Assembly: GCA_038523655.1 (NCBI GenBank)
Contig: JBCBJG010000002.1
Location: 1 to 34,749 of the forward strand
Reading direction: 5' to 3'
Source of the DNA: Pseudomonadota bacterium
GTDB lineage: Bacteria; Pseudomonadota; Alphaproteobacteria; Rhizobiales; CALHAX01
DNA: 34,749 nucleotides
Shown piece after piece: positions 1 through 9,238 of the stretch. Within the stretch, counting starts at the first letter, position 1. Every line of letters begins with the position of its first letter. The notes under the pieces are model-generated. The model saw only the letters and a list, made by a program, of their open reading frames with translations. It was not told where the DNA came from and ran no database searches. The translations under genes were made by a program, and so were the position numbers.

Positions 1-147
1 CGCATGGGCGAAGCGGTGCACGCGGCTGCCAGCACGCCAAAGACGCTGAAAATATTTCCGAACGGCGGGCATTCGGATCTGTTCAATCACGGCGCGCTCT
101 CGGAAATCCGCGCGTTCACGGCTAATCGGGCACGTCGGGAGGACTGA
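1..147 (+). CDS. alpha/beta hydrolase, C-terminal fragment (5' end lies outside the window)
   Basis: Frame 1 is open from base 1 to the TGA at 145-147. It translates to ...KIFPNGGHSDLFNHGALSEIRAF..., which resembles the C-terminal catalytic-His segment of alpha/beta-fold hydrolases. It is absent from the ORF track because it has no start codon in the window. Confidence 0.5.
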   Translation, partial: RMGEAVHAAASTPKTLKIFPNGGHSDLFNHGALSEIRAFTANRARRED

Positions 148-332
148 CGCCATGGACGCGTCGGCATTCGGTCCGCCCCGCTGCCCACCACCTCTCGACG
201 CAACCGTCGCTGCCAACGTACGGTCCTCGCGAGAGAGGTCGGCTGCCGGTATGTCACGACCTCAACGACGTGGACGGAGCATGCGACGTGGCCAAACCGA
301 GCGGCGGACGCCCCAACAAATCTGCCGGCCTG

Positions 333-2300
333 ATGCGCAAAGCGATCGCCGCGTATGAGGCCGGCGACCTCGAGCGGGCGCGCAAGGCCGTTACCGGGTT
401 TCTCAAGACCGATCCGCATAACCCAGACGGAAATCATCTCGCCGGCGTGATCGCGTTGAAGGCGGGGCGGCCAGCGTTCGCTGTCGACGCCATCCGCAAG
501 GCGCTCGCCCGCAACCCGCGCATCGCGATGGCGCACAACAACCTCGGCGAGGCGTATCGCGCGCTGGAGGAATATTCGGACGCGGAAGCAGCCTATCGTG
601 CGGCCATCGAGCTGGAGCCGCGCGAGACCGGGTTTCAGAACAATCTCGGGACGGTGCTGACCGCCCAGGACCGCACGGACGAGGCGATTGCGGTGTTCGA
701 GGCGGGCCTTGCGCGGACACCCAACCACCCGATGCTCCTCACGAACTACGGCAATGCGCTCCTTGAAAAAGGGCGCGCCGCGCATGCTGTCGCCGCGCAT
801 GAACAGGCACTGCGGGTGGAGCCGGGGTATCTCGAGGCGAAAGCCAACCTGGGCCTCGCCCTCCTCGAGCAAGGCGACCTCGACCGGGCCGATACTACTA
901 TCATAGAGTTCTTCGCGCGCGACGATGCGCATTTCGCAGCAATCGGTGGCCTTGCGAAACTACGCGCGATCGAAGGGCGCAATGCCGAGGCGGTCCTGCT
1001 GCACGAGCGCCAGCTCGACCTCGCACCCGGTGATCGGGATATCTATCTCGATTACGCCGACATGCAGCGCTACGCGGAGCAGCCGGAAGCGGCAGCGGAC
1101 GTCATCGAGCGGCACCGCGCCATCGCACCCGACGAGATCGACAACTACGTGCAGCTCGGCTCGATCTGGCGCGCTGCCGGGGAGAAAAAACGCGCAGAGG
1201 AAGTTCTTCGCGAAGCAATCACCCGCGACCCCGATCACGTGCCGGCGCGAATGGTGCTCGCACAGATCATCAAACATACGCCCGAGGAGGAAAATCTCGC
1301 CGAACTCAAACGGCTCGAGGCAGACGACGCGCTTTCGGACGGGCAACGCGCAAACCTGTCGTTCGGCCTTGGCAAAGCACTCGAAGATATCGGTGACCAC
1401 ACGAGCGCAGGCGAGCGCTTTATCACGGCAAACCGGTTACGGCGGGCCACCTTCGAGTATGACGAGGCTGCCATTTTCGAGGTGATGCGAAACCTCGCCG
1501 CGCACGTGGATACCACGCAGATCCAGCGAGGCGCCGAGGCCGGCTCACCAGATGCGACGCCGATCTTCATTGTCGGCATGCCGCGCTCGGGCACCAGTCT
1601 CGTCGAGCAGATCATTTCCAGCCATAGCGACGTCCGCGGCGCCGGCGAACTCACGACATTTGGCGCGGTGGTCACACGACACAGCGTTCGGGAGAAAATC
1701 GAGTTCCCGGAGCAGGTTGCGCAGGCGAGCGATGCGACTCTCCATGCCATCGGGGAGGATTATGTCGAGATCATTCGACGACGGTTCGGTGATGCGCCGC
1801 ACATTACCGACAAGATGCCTCACAACTTCCTCAACGTCGGCTACATCCGCATGGCGCTGCCGAACGCGCGGATCGTGCATTGCCGGCGGCACCCGATGGA
1901 TACGTGTCTGTCGATCTTCAAGAACGCCTTCTCAACAGCGCATGAGTACGCTTACGACATGGCGGAGCTGGGCCGGTACTACCGGGCATACACCGCACTC
2001 ATGGCGCACTGGCGTGCCGTTTGCGGCGAGGCGTTTTACGATCTCGACTACGAAAAACTCGTTGCGGATACCGAGGGGGAAGCACGCGCCTTGCTGGCGC
2101 ACTGCAAGCTCGACTGGCAGCCGCAGTGTCTCGAATTCTACAAGACGAAACGTACGGTCAACACGGTGAGTGCCGGGCAAGTGCGGCAGCCGATCTACAC
2201 CAGTTCGGTTGCGCTCTGGAAACGCTACGGCGCGCATCTTGCGCCGCTCATCGACGCGCTCGGCGATTTGCTCGACGAGGATGAACGCTCGGCCGCGTGA
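333..2300 (+). CDS. TPR-repeat / sulfotransferase fusion protein
   Basis: The track ORF is 270-2300. The N-terminal ~400 aa consist of repeated TPR-like units (NLGEAYRALEEYSDAEAAYRAAIELEP, NLGTVL..., NYGNALLEKGR..., NLGLALLEQGD...). The C-terminal ~270 aa carry the sulfotransferase PAPS loop IVGMPRSGTSL and an RRHPMDTCLS motif. The ATG at 333 (MRKAIAAYEAGD) is my preferred start. The GTG at 270 is possible. Confidence 0.85.
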   Translation: MRKAIAAYEAGDLERARKAVTGFLKTDPHNPDGNHLAGVIALKAGRPAFAVDAIRKALARNPRIAMAHNNLGEAYRALEEYSDAEAAYRAAIELEPRETGFQNNLGTVLTAQDRTDEAIAVFEAGLARTPNHPMLLTNYGNALLEKGRAAHAVAAHEQALRVEPGYLEAKANLGLALLEQGDLDRADTTIIEFFARDDAHFAAIGGLAKLRAIEGRNAEAVLLHERQLDLAPGDRDIYLDYADMQRYAEQPEAAADVIERHRAIAPDEIDNYVQLGSIWRAAGEKKRAEEVLREAITRDPDHVPARMVLAQIIKHTPEEENLAELKRLEADDALSDGQRANLSFGLGKALEDIGDHTSAGERFITANRLRRATFEYDEAAIFEVMRNLAAHVDTTQIQRGAEAGSPDATPIFIVGMPRSGTSLVEQIISSHSDVRGAGELTTFGAVVTRHSVREKIEFPEQVAQASDATLHAIGEDYVEIIRRRFGDAPHITDKMPHNFLNVGYIRMALPNARIVHCRRHPMDTCLSIFKNAFSTAHEYAYDMAELGRYYRAYTALMAHWRAVCGEAFYDLDYEKLVADTEGEARALLAHCKLDWQPQCLEFYKTKRTVNTVSAGQVRQPIYTSSVALWKRYGAHLAPLIDALGDLLDEDERSAA

Positions 2301-2389
2301 TTATTTCTCCGGGTCAATCTGCTTCCTGACGCGTCGCGGCATCGGCCCGGCCGCAGACGGTCGCCTGTCAGGTCGTGCGCATCAGTCGA

Positions 2390-3313
2390 TCAGGCTTCCC
2401 TGCGCGAGACGAGGCGCGGCCAAGCCAGCTCTAGCAACACCGAACCGCAGATCACGACGATAGCAAGCATCTCGATCGTGCCAATGGGCTGGCCGAGGAT
2501 CGCGAGCGCTAGGAATGCGGTGATGACCGGTTTCAGGAAAAAGAGATAGCTGCCGCGCGTGATGTCCGGCACTGCGGCGAGGCCTCCGAGCCAGAGGATC
2601 TGGGTGATCGTCGTGTTCCAGAAACCGAGCGTGACCAGCGAGGCGACGGCGGTAGAGGATTTATCAAACAGATCCAGCGGGCTCACCCAGATCGCGAAGA
2701 ACGCGCCGACAATCAGCCACAAACCAATTGCGCCGATCGCCATCGACAGCGTTGTGATGCGGATCGCGCCGTAGGTCTGGATGTAGGGTTTGACCATCAC
2801 GGCATAGAACGAACCGAGCGCGGCGCAGGCCAGTGCCATAAGGATGCCAATGAGCGAGCGGCCATCACCGGCGAGCTGGCCGAGAACGCCGTCGGTCAAC
2901 AGCAATGCGACGCCGAGCACCGCGGCCGCGCCGGAGACCAGTTTCGCCGTGGAGATCGCGATGCGGTTCACCAGCAGATTCGCGAGCCCGACGAAGATCG
3001 GGATCGTGGTCACCATCGTGCCGACTTGCACGACGCTCGCGTAGTCAAGCGACCAATGGAAGAAAAGATACGCACCGCTGACCCCGACGATCGACAGCGG
3101 CACGAGCGCCCGCCAGCTTTCACGCAGGGGCGTGAGCAGATCGCGATGCCGTGGCCAGACGAGGCAAATCGCAAGCAGGCCCAGTGCACCGAGCAGGTAG
3201 CGCCAGACGGAGACCTCGGGGCCGTTAACTCCGGACAGTACGGCGAAAAATTCACTCGATGCGTGACCGGTGACGCCGAGGAACGTCATGGCATAGGCGA
3301 TGGCCGGGCTCAT
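2390..3313 (-). CDS. EamA/DMT-family transporter
   Basis: The 307-aa product is highly hydrophobic with about 10 predicted TM segments and a two-halves organisation typical of EamA. Its ATG overlaps the upstream gene's stop (ATGA at 3310-3313). Confidence 0.85.
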   Translation of the reverse strand: MSPAIAYAMTFLGVTGHASSEFFAVLSGVNGPEVSVWRYLLGALGLLAICLVWPRHRDLLTPLRESWRALVPLSIVGVSGAYLFFHWSLDYASVVQVGTMVTTIPIFVGLANLLVNRIAISTAKLVSGAAAVLGVALLLTDGVLGQLAGDGRSLIGILMALACAALGSFYAVMVKPYIQTYGAIRITTLSMAIGAIGLWLIVGAFFAIWVSPLDLFDKSSTAVASLVTLGFWNTTITQILWLGGLAAVPDITRGSYLFFLKPVITAFLALAILGQPIGTIEMLAIVVICGSVLLELAWPRLVSRREA

Positions 3314-4152
3314 GCGGGCGAGGCAGGTGCAGGTGCGATCCGGGCTGCGAAGTCGCGGAGCTTGCGCTCAACGCCGCGCGGATCCTCGATCGGCAGCAGA
3401 TGTCCGGAGCTTTCGAACACGGTCTCCTCAACGTTGGGCATCGTGCCAAGGATCGCGTCCACCGCGGCACGGTCGAGAAACATGCGATCGCGCATCCCGG
3501 TCAACACGTGCACCGGCAGATCGAGCGTATCCCAAGCGACGTTCCAGTCCGCTGTGCGCGACCGCTCCACGAGCGCGTAAATGCCCGTGTCCGTGCCGAG
3601 CGGTTCGTACGGCGCGTCCGCGAGGCACGCGTCGCGCATCTCCGCAAGCGTCGACGGCCCGACGAGAAAGGGGAGAAAAAAATCACGGACGAGCGTCGGG
3701 CCGCCAAGTTGTGTGGCGCGGAAGACCGCCTCGTTCGTCCAGTCGAGCACCGGCCCCGGACGGCGCAGCGTATTGATCAATACGAGACCGGCCACGTCGA
3801 CGGCATCAGCAAAGCCTCGCTCGATCGCGCGTGTCGCGTAGAGCCCGCCGATCGATAGTCCGACGAAAATCGCCGGGCCACTGACGCGCGCATTCACCAC
3901 GGTCAGCAAGTCGTCCACGACCTGCGCGGTATCGAGCGGATCATCGGCCGTAACCGTCGTCTCCGACTGGCCGCGCAGATTGTAGCTCAGGGTCCCGAAA
4001 CCGGCAGCGCGGAGAGCGGGTGCGATCGCACCCTCCCAGTGGTCGGTCGAGCCGGTAAGCGCGTTGACGAAAACGAAGGTCGGCTTCCCGTCAGCTGGCG
4101 CGGCGTGAAGCGTGCGCAGACCGGATACCGGTTCGTCGAGCGGTTCTGTCAT
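3310..4152 (-). CDS. alpha/beta-fold hydrolase
   Basis: The track ORF is 3310-4389. I trimmed it to the ATG at 4152 (MTEPLDEPVSG...) because the longer N-terminus would cross the divergent mscS-like gene. Features seen are FVFVNALTGS, the nucleophile-elbow-like GLSIGG, and a C-terminal SGHLLPIEDP His motif. Confidence 0.85.
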   Translation of the reverse strand: MTEPLDEPVSGLRTLHAAPADGKPTFVFVNALTGSTDHWEGAIAPALRAAGFGTLSYNLRGQSETTVTADDPLDTAQVVDDLLTVVNARVSGPAIFVGLSIGGLYATRAIERGFADAVDVAGLVLINTLRRPGPVLDWTNEAVFRATQLGGPTLVRDFFLPFLVGPSTLAEMRDACLADAPYEPLGTDTGIYALVERSRTADWNVAWDTLDLPVHVLTGMRDRMFLDRAAVDAILGTMPNVEETVFESSGHLLPIEDPRGVERKLRDFAARIAPAPASPA

Positions 4153-4309
4153 GCGGTCGTCTCTCTCGGCTGGCGGCAGTGGAAACCCGCACCCGGGCGG
4201 CGGGATCTCTGTGGACGATGCCGACTGTTCCGACCGCCTGCAATCTCGAATCGGTTTCGGTGCGTGCGAACGCAGGCGCACGCCATTCGGCGCGACGGGG
4301 ATTTCAAAC

Positions 4310-5191
4310 ATGGACCAGCTCGTACAAGCTGAGGCGGCGGCCAGCCCGTACCTCGCGACGGGTATCGACATGGCGCTCAATCTCGGCACGGCGATCCTGT
4401 TGCTGATCGCCGGGCTTCTGGTTGGGCGCTATGCGCGACGGCTGGTCGAGAACCGGCTGTATGCGCTGCCGAACTTCGACCGCACGCTCGTCCCGTTCCT
4501 CGGCAGCCTGGTGCGCTATGCGATCCTCGCGCTGACGCTGATCCTCGTGCTCTCGGAGTTTGGCGTTCAGACCGCGAGCATCATTGCCGTGATCGGTGCG
4601 GCGGGCCTTGCGATCGGGCTGGCGCTTCAGGGAACGCTCTCCAACGTCGCCTCGGGGATCATGTTGCTGGTGCTGCGGCCGATCCAGGTCGGGCATTATG
4701 TCGAGGCGGGGGGGACGAGCGGCACGGTCGAGGAGATCGGGCTGTTCATGACGGCGCTGAAGACGCCGCAAAACATCCGCCGCTACGTGCCGAATTCAGA
4801 TGTCTTCGGAGGCACCATCACGACGTACAACGCCTACGAGACCATGCGCGTCGATCTGGAGATCGGCATCGCCTACGACGCGGACATCACGGCGGCGAAA
4901 GCGGTCGTTGCCCAGGTGCTCGCGGGAGAGCAGCGCGTGCTCGCAGAACCGAAGCCGATGATCATTACGAAGTCGCTAGGCGATAGCGCAGTCGTGCTCG
5001 AGGCGCGGTCATGGGTGAACCAGCCCGACTATTTCGCAACCCGCTTCGACCTGACCACAGCCGTCAAGTATGCGCTCGACGACGCGGGAATTTCCATCCC
5101 CTTCCCGCATCGTCAGATCGTAATCTCTGGGCCGGTGCCCACAATCAGTGCGCGCGCGTCGGCGAGCCGGGCGAAGAAAAGCGACGGCTGA
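4310..5191 (+). CDS. small-conductance mechanosensitive channel (MscS family)
   Basis: The track ORF 4112-5191 is trimmed to the ATG at 4310 (MDQLVQAE...). Three N-terminal TM helices are followed by the conserved MscS pore/beta-domain region (GLALQGTLSNVASGIMLLVLRPIQVGHYVE...GTVEEIGLFMT...). Confidence 0.9.
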   Translation: MDQLVQAEAAASPYLATGIDMALNLGTAILLLIAGLLVGRYARRLVENRLYALPNFDRTLVPFLGSLVRYAILALTLILVLSEFGVQTASIIAVIGAAGLAIGLALQGTLSNVASGIMLLVLRPIQVGHYVEAGGTSGTVEEIGLFMTALKTPQNIRRYVPNSDVFGGTITTYNAYETMRVDLEIGIAYDADITAAKAVVAQVLAGEQRVLAEPKPMIITKSLGDSAVVLEARSWVNQPDYFATRFDLTTAVKYALDDAGISIPFPHRQIVISGPVPTISARASASRAKKSDG

Positions 5192-5195
5192 GGCC

Positions 5196-6161
5196 CTACA
5201 CGCGTTTCAAGGTTCGCCGCAGGCCGCGCTTCGCCGCGCTGTTCGTCGGGCTGATGCGGAGTGCTCGTCGGTAGTCCATCGCCGCCTGGTGATCGAGCTT
5301 CAGTGCTTCAGCCGCCGCCGCACGTTTCACCAGCACACCGGCGCTACGGCGGTTCCGCTGCACGGCCTTGTCGTAGGAAATCATCGCATCGTGCGGCTGG
5401 GCGAGCGCCATCTGGCTGTCACCAATGCGCAGGTGGGGTTCGGCACGTTCATTGTGCAGAGCGGCGGCCTTACGAAAGTCGGCGATCGCGGCGACGTGGC
5501 GACCACGCTTCTGGCGCGCGAGCCCGCGGTTGAACCAGGCCAGCCCGTCACGTTTGTTTGCCCGGATCGCTTGCGTGAAGTCCGCGTCGGCGGCGGCGAG
5601 CCGGCCCTCGTGGAGATTAAGTTTCCCGCGACCGGTGAGGGCCGCGAGGTAGCGCGGAGAAATATTCAAGGCACGGTCGAAATCCGCGCGGGCAGCACGC
5701 AGGTTGCCACCGCGGACATGGGCGAGCGCGCGGTTCGAGTATGCCTGATAGTAGTCGGGCGACAACGCGATGGCGCGGTCGAAGTGGCGCATCGCTCCGA
5801 CAAGATCACCGCGCTCACCGGCGGCTGCGCCTTCCAGGTTGTGCTGACTTGCGCTGAGTGTTTGGCCGGCAAGGGCGGCGCGCGGCCCACGTTCCGTGCG
5901 GGTAGCACCATCGTTGATGAGGCTGGCGATATCGCGCGGTGCGGCTTCGCGGCTCGGCAAAGCGCCGGGCGCCGGGCGGGAAATCGACTGGGTCACACCT
6001 CCAGAATGGCCGAGGTTGAGGCTGGCGCAGGCGCCGAGCATCAGTGGCAGAATGCAGGCGGTGGTCGCGGCGCGGAGGCGCGGCGCAACACAGGGCAAGA
6101 CCGTCGATGCAGGACGGGTCGGCGTGGGGCGGTTTTTCTCCGCAATGTCGGGGCGACGCAT
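5196..6161 (-). CDS. TPR-repeat lipoprotein
   Basis: The signal peptide ends in the lipobox LMLGAC. The remainder is TPR-like repeats (AYSNRALAHVRGGNLRAARADFDRALNISP, etc.). A GGAGAGAG sequence lies 6 nt upstream of the ATG at 6161. Confidence 0.8.
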   Translation of the reverse strand: MRRPDIAEKNRPTPTRPASTVLPCVAPRLRAATTACILPLMLGACASLNLGHSGGVTQSISRPAPGALPSREAAPRDIASLINDGATRTERGPRAALAGQTLSASQHNLEGAAAGERGDLVGAMRHFDRAIALSPDYYQAYSNRALAHVRGGNLRAARADFDRALNISPRYLAALTGRGKLNLHEGRLAAADADFTQAIRANKRDGLAWFNRGLARQKRGRHVAAIADFRKAAALHNERAEPHLRIGDSQMALAQPHDAMISYDKAVQRNRRSAGVLVKRAAAAEALKLDHQAAMDYRRALRISPTNSAAKRGLRRTLKRV

Positions 6162-6363
6162 AATACTCTCTCCGGCGTGAACGCAAAACGCACGGCGCAG
6201 AAGCGTCGCCGGTCACGCACGCCCCCACCCCATGTTTCGAATCATCCGCGAGCGTGGTTATCGAAGCGTAAACGGGCGCGTGTTTTCGGTTCGGTTTCCC
6301 GAAGCGGTCGGATGATTAATGGGTGGCGGAGTCGTTAGGCCGCGCCGAAGATGGTGGCGGGTG

Positions 6364-7104
6364 TCACGCTTGGCGTTGCGCCGCGCCATGCGTTGGGAGG
6401 CCGACGGTGAAGGCGATCTCACCGAGCCCGTCGATGCCGGCCCGGATCTGATTGCCCGGTACGAGCGGGCCGACGCCTGCAGGCGTACCGGTCAGAATGA
6501 GATCGCCGGGCTCGAGGCGGCTCGCGCGTGAGCAGAATGCGATGATTTCCGCAGCGGACCAGATCATCTCATCCAGCGATCCGTGCTGGCGGCGCGCGCC
6601 ATCAACTTCGAGCCAGATCGCGCCGCGCGACAGGTCGACCGGTTCCGGCAACGGGCGCAGCGGCCCGCAAGGGGCGGCGGCGTCGAACGACTTGCCCCAT
6701 TCCCAGGGACGTGCGGCTTTCTTCGCGTCAGCCTGCAGATCGCGCCGGGTAAGATCGACCGCGACGGCGGCGCCCCAGATATGCGCATGCGCGTCACGCT
6801 CTGCGATATCCGCGCCGCCGCGCCCGATGGCGACGACCAGTTCCACCTCATGGTGGAGGTCGCTCGTCAAAGGCGGATACGGCAGCTCGCCTTCGGCCGG
6901 GACAACGGCATCCGCCGGCTTGAGGAAGAAAAAGGGTGGGTCGCGGTCCGGGTCCGCCCCCATTTCGCGGGCGTGCGCAGCGTAGTTTCGCCCGACGCAA
7001 TAGACGCGGCGGACGGGGAACCGCGCATCCGAGCCCGCAACGGCAATCGTGGTCGTTTGTACCTCGGGCACGGTGCGCACCGTCGCCTCTTTCATCGGGC
7101 TCAT
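6364..7104 (-). CDS. fumarylacetoacetate hydrolase (FAH) family protein
   Basis: The 246-aa product contains VYCVGRNYAAHAREMG, HHEVELVVAIG and GDLILTGTPAGVG, motifs typical of FAH/2-keto-4-pentenoate hydratase-like enzymes. A GGAGAA sequence lies 6 nt upstream of the ATG. Confidence 0.9.
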   Translation of the reverse strand: MSPMKEATVRTVPEVQTTTIAVAGSDARFPVRRVYCVGRNYAAHAREMGADPDRDPPFFFLKPADAVVPAEGELPYPPLTSDLHHEVELVVAIGRGGADIAERDAHAHIWGAAVAVDLTRRDLQADAKKAARPWEWGKSFDAAAPCGPLRPLPEPVDLSRGAIWLEVDGARRQHGSLDEMIWSAAEIIAFCSRASRLEPGDLILTGTPAGVGPLVPGNQIRAGIDGLGEIAFTVGLPTHGAAQRQA

Positions 7105-7255
7105 CCCGTCTTCTCCACCGCTTGCTGCCGCTGTGATCCCGTTGCGCCCGGTGGCGCTGTCATAATCCTGCTGTTACAGTCGAGGCAACGAGCGGGGCGA
7201 TGGCGACGGCTGGCGACCCGACAAGCGGTGAAACCGCGTGGGAGGAACAGTGACG

Positions 7256-9238
7256 GTGAGCACGCGTACGCGCGCGCCCGGTGCGCATGATACCATGCCG
7301 AAGCTGCTGCTGCGGAATGCAGCGCGCTTTGCAGACAAGCCGGCCATCCGGGAAAAAGATCTCGGAATCTGGCAATCGTGGACGTGGGCCGGGGTACTCG
7401 AGGAGGTCCGTGGCTATGCGATGGGCCTTGCGGAGCTCGGGCTACGGCCCGGCGACAAGGTCGCGATCGTTGGCGACAATCGCCCCCGCCTCTACTGGAC
7501 GTTCGTGGCCGCCCAGAGCCTCGGTGCGATCCCGGTGCCGGTCTATCAGGACTCGGTCGCCGAGGAGATGGTCTTCGTCCTCCAGCATGCCGACACCCGG
7601 TTCGCCGTGGTTGAGGACCAGGAGCAAGTCGACAAGGTCCTCTCGCTCGCAGACCAGATCAGTTCGCTCGCGGGCGTGATCTACGACGATCCGCGTGGCC
7701 TCAAGGACTACACAGTCGACAAGCTGCATGCGCTCGATGACGTGATTGCGCGCGGCAAGGCCATGCGCGCCGAAAAGCCCGAACTCGAGGACGAGTGGCG
7801 GGCCCAGATCGACGGCGGTAGCGGCAGTGACGTCAGTGTCATGCTCTACACCTCCGGTACGACCGGCACACCAAAGGGCGTCGTGCTCACGAACGACAAC
7901 GTGATCATCGCGGCGGAGTGCGGGAACCGGTTCGACAAGCTGGACGAGAATGAGGAGATGATCGCGTACCTGCCGATGGCGTGGGTGGGCGATCACATCT
8001 TCAGCTACGCGCAGTCCTATGTCGCCGGGTTTTGCGTCTCCTGCCCGGAAAGCCCGGAGACCATTCCCGTCGATCGCCGAGAGATCGGGCCGACCTATTT
8101 CTTCGCGCCGCCACGCGTGTTCGAGAACGCACTGACACAAATCATGGTGCGGATGGAAGATTCGGGGCCGACCAAACGGCGGCTGTTCGACTTCTTCATG
8201 AAGCATGCGCGCAAGGTGGGAGAGAAAATCCTCATCGGCGACGCCGGCGTGTCGATCCTCGACCGGCTGCTGTACCGCGTGGGCGATGTGCTGATCTATG
8301 GGCCGCTGCGCAACGAGATGGGGCTGACACGGCTGAAGGTCGGCTACACTGCCGGGGAGGCCATCGGGCCAGAGATCTTCCAGTTCTACCGCGCGCTCGG
8401 GCTCAACCTGAAGCAGCTCTACGGGCAGACGGAAGCCGGCGTGTACATCACCATGCAGCCGGACGGAGAAATATTCCCCGATACCGTCGGTGTCGCCGCG
8501 CCCAACGTCGAGGTGCGGATCGCGGACGGCGGCGAGGTGCTCTATCGCAGCCCGTTCACCTTCGCGGAGTACTTCAAAAACCCGGAAGCGACTGCCGAGA
8601 CGAAAGACACGGAAGGCTGGGTGAAGTCTGGCGATGCCGGGTTCTTCGACGACCGCGGCCATCTGAAGATCATCGACCGGGCAAAGGACGTCGGCAAACT
8701 GCGCGACGGTGGATTGTTCGCGCCGAAATACATCGAGAACAAGCTCAAGTTCTATCCGAACATCAAAGAGGTGGTCGCGCTCGGCGATGGCCGCGATTTT
8801 TGCTCCGTGATGATCAACATCGACCTCGTCGCGGTCGGCAACTGGGCAGAGCGCAACAACGTCAGCTATGCGAGCTATCAGGAGCTTGCCGCGCACCCGG
8901 ACGTCTATCGGATGATCGAGGAGCATGTGGCGGAAGTTAATCGCAGTCTCGCCGCCGAGCCGAGTGTGGGCGCCGCGCAGATCAAGCGCTTTTTGATCCT
9001 GCACAAGGAACTCGATGCCGACGATGGCGAGCTGACGCGCACACAGAAGGTGCGGCGCGGATTCATCGCGGATCGTTATTCACCGCTGGTGACCGCGCTC
9101 TACGACGGCAGCGCGTCATGCCACATCACGACCGAGGTGACGTTCGAGGATGGCCGGCGCGGCACGATCACCGGCGACGTGAAGATCGTCGATATGGCGG
9201 AGACGGACAGCGTACCGCTTCGGGAGGCCGCGGAATGA
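7256..9238 (+). CDS. AMP-dependent acyl-CoA synthetase/ligase (long-chain-fatty-acid-CoA-ligase-like)
   Basis: Adenylation motifs YTSGTTGTPKGV, GYTAGEA and GDAGFFDDRGHLKIIDRAKD are present. The start is uncertain. In-frame GTGs occur at 7238, 7250 and 7256 and an ATG at 7295. A GGAGGA at 7241-7246 favours 7256. The stop overlaps the next gene (ATGA at 9235-9238). Confidence 0.9.
   Translation: MSTRTRAPGAHDTMPKLLLRNAARFADKPAIREKDLGIWQSWTWAGVLEEVRGYAMGLAELGLRPGDKVAIVGDNRPRLYWTFVAAQSLGAIPVPVYQDSVAEEMVFVLQHADTRFAVVEDQEQVDKVLSLADQISSLAGVIYDDPRGLKDYTVDKLHALDDVIARGKAMRAEKPELEDEWRAQIDGGSGSDVSVMLYTSGTTGTPKGVVLTNDNVIIAAECGNRFDKLDENEEMIAYLPMAWVGDHIFSYAQSYVAGFCVSCPESPETIPVDRREIGPTYFFAPPRVFENALTQIMVRMEDSGPTKRRLFDFFMKHARKVGEKILIGDAGVSILDRLLYRVGDVLIYGPLRNEMGLTRLKVGYTAGEAIGPEIFQFYRALGLNLKQLYGQTEAGVYITMQPDGEIFPDTVGVAAPNVEVRIADGGEVLYRSPFTFAEYFKNPEATAETKDTEGWVKSGDAGFFDDRGHLKIIDRAKDVGKLRDGGLFAPKYIENKLKFYPNIKEVVALGDGRDFCSVMINIDLVAVGNWAERNNVSYASYQELAAHPDVYRMIEEHVAEVNRSLAAEPSVGAAQIKRFLILHKELDADDGELTRTQKVRRGFIADRYSPLVTALYDGSASCHITTEVTFEDGRRGTITGDVKIVDMAETDSVPLREAAE

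Noticed and set aside
3310-4389. The long N-terminal extensions of the hydrolase ORF (to 4389) and of the MscS ORF (from 4112), which overlap each other on opposite strands.
   Set aside because: Both extensions are Arg/Pro/Ser-rich and cannot both be real. Internal ATGs at 4152 and 4310 give proteins that start where family-typical sequence begins. The same reasoning applies to the 12202-12396, 9118-9234, 17362-17502, 18001-18081 and 25729-25878 extensions.
5148-6338. A 396-aa plus-strand ORF covering the whole TPR lipoprotein gene.
   Set aside because: Its translation is Arg/Ala/Gly-rich with no recognisable domain. It lies antisense to a gene that has a lipobox, TPR repeats and a good RBS. 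This is a typical high-GC shadow ORF.
7442-9004. A 520-aa minus-strand ORF antisense to the acyl-CoA ligase. Similar long antisense ORFs occur at 12778-13737, 14838-15680, 15428-16243 and 27012-27809.
   Set aside because: The opposite strand carries unmistakable conserved motifs in each case. The antisense translations are low-complexity (Arg/His/Asp/Val-rich) and lack start signals.
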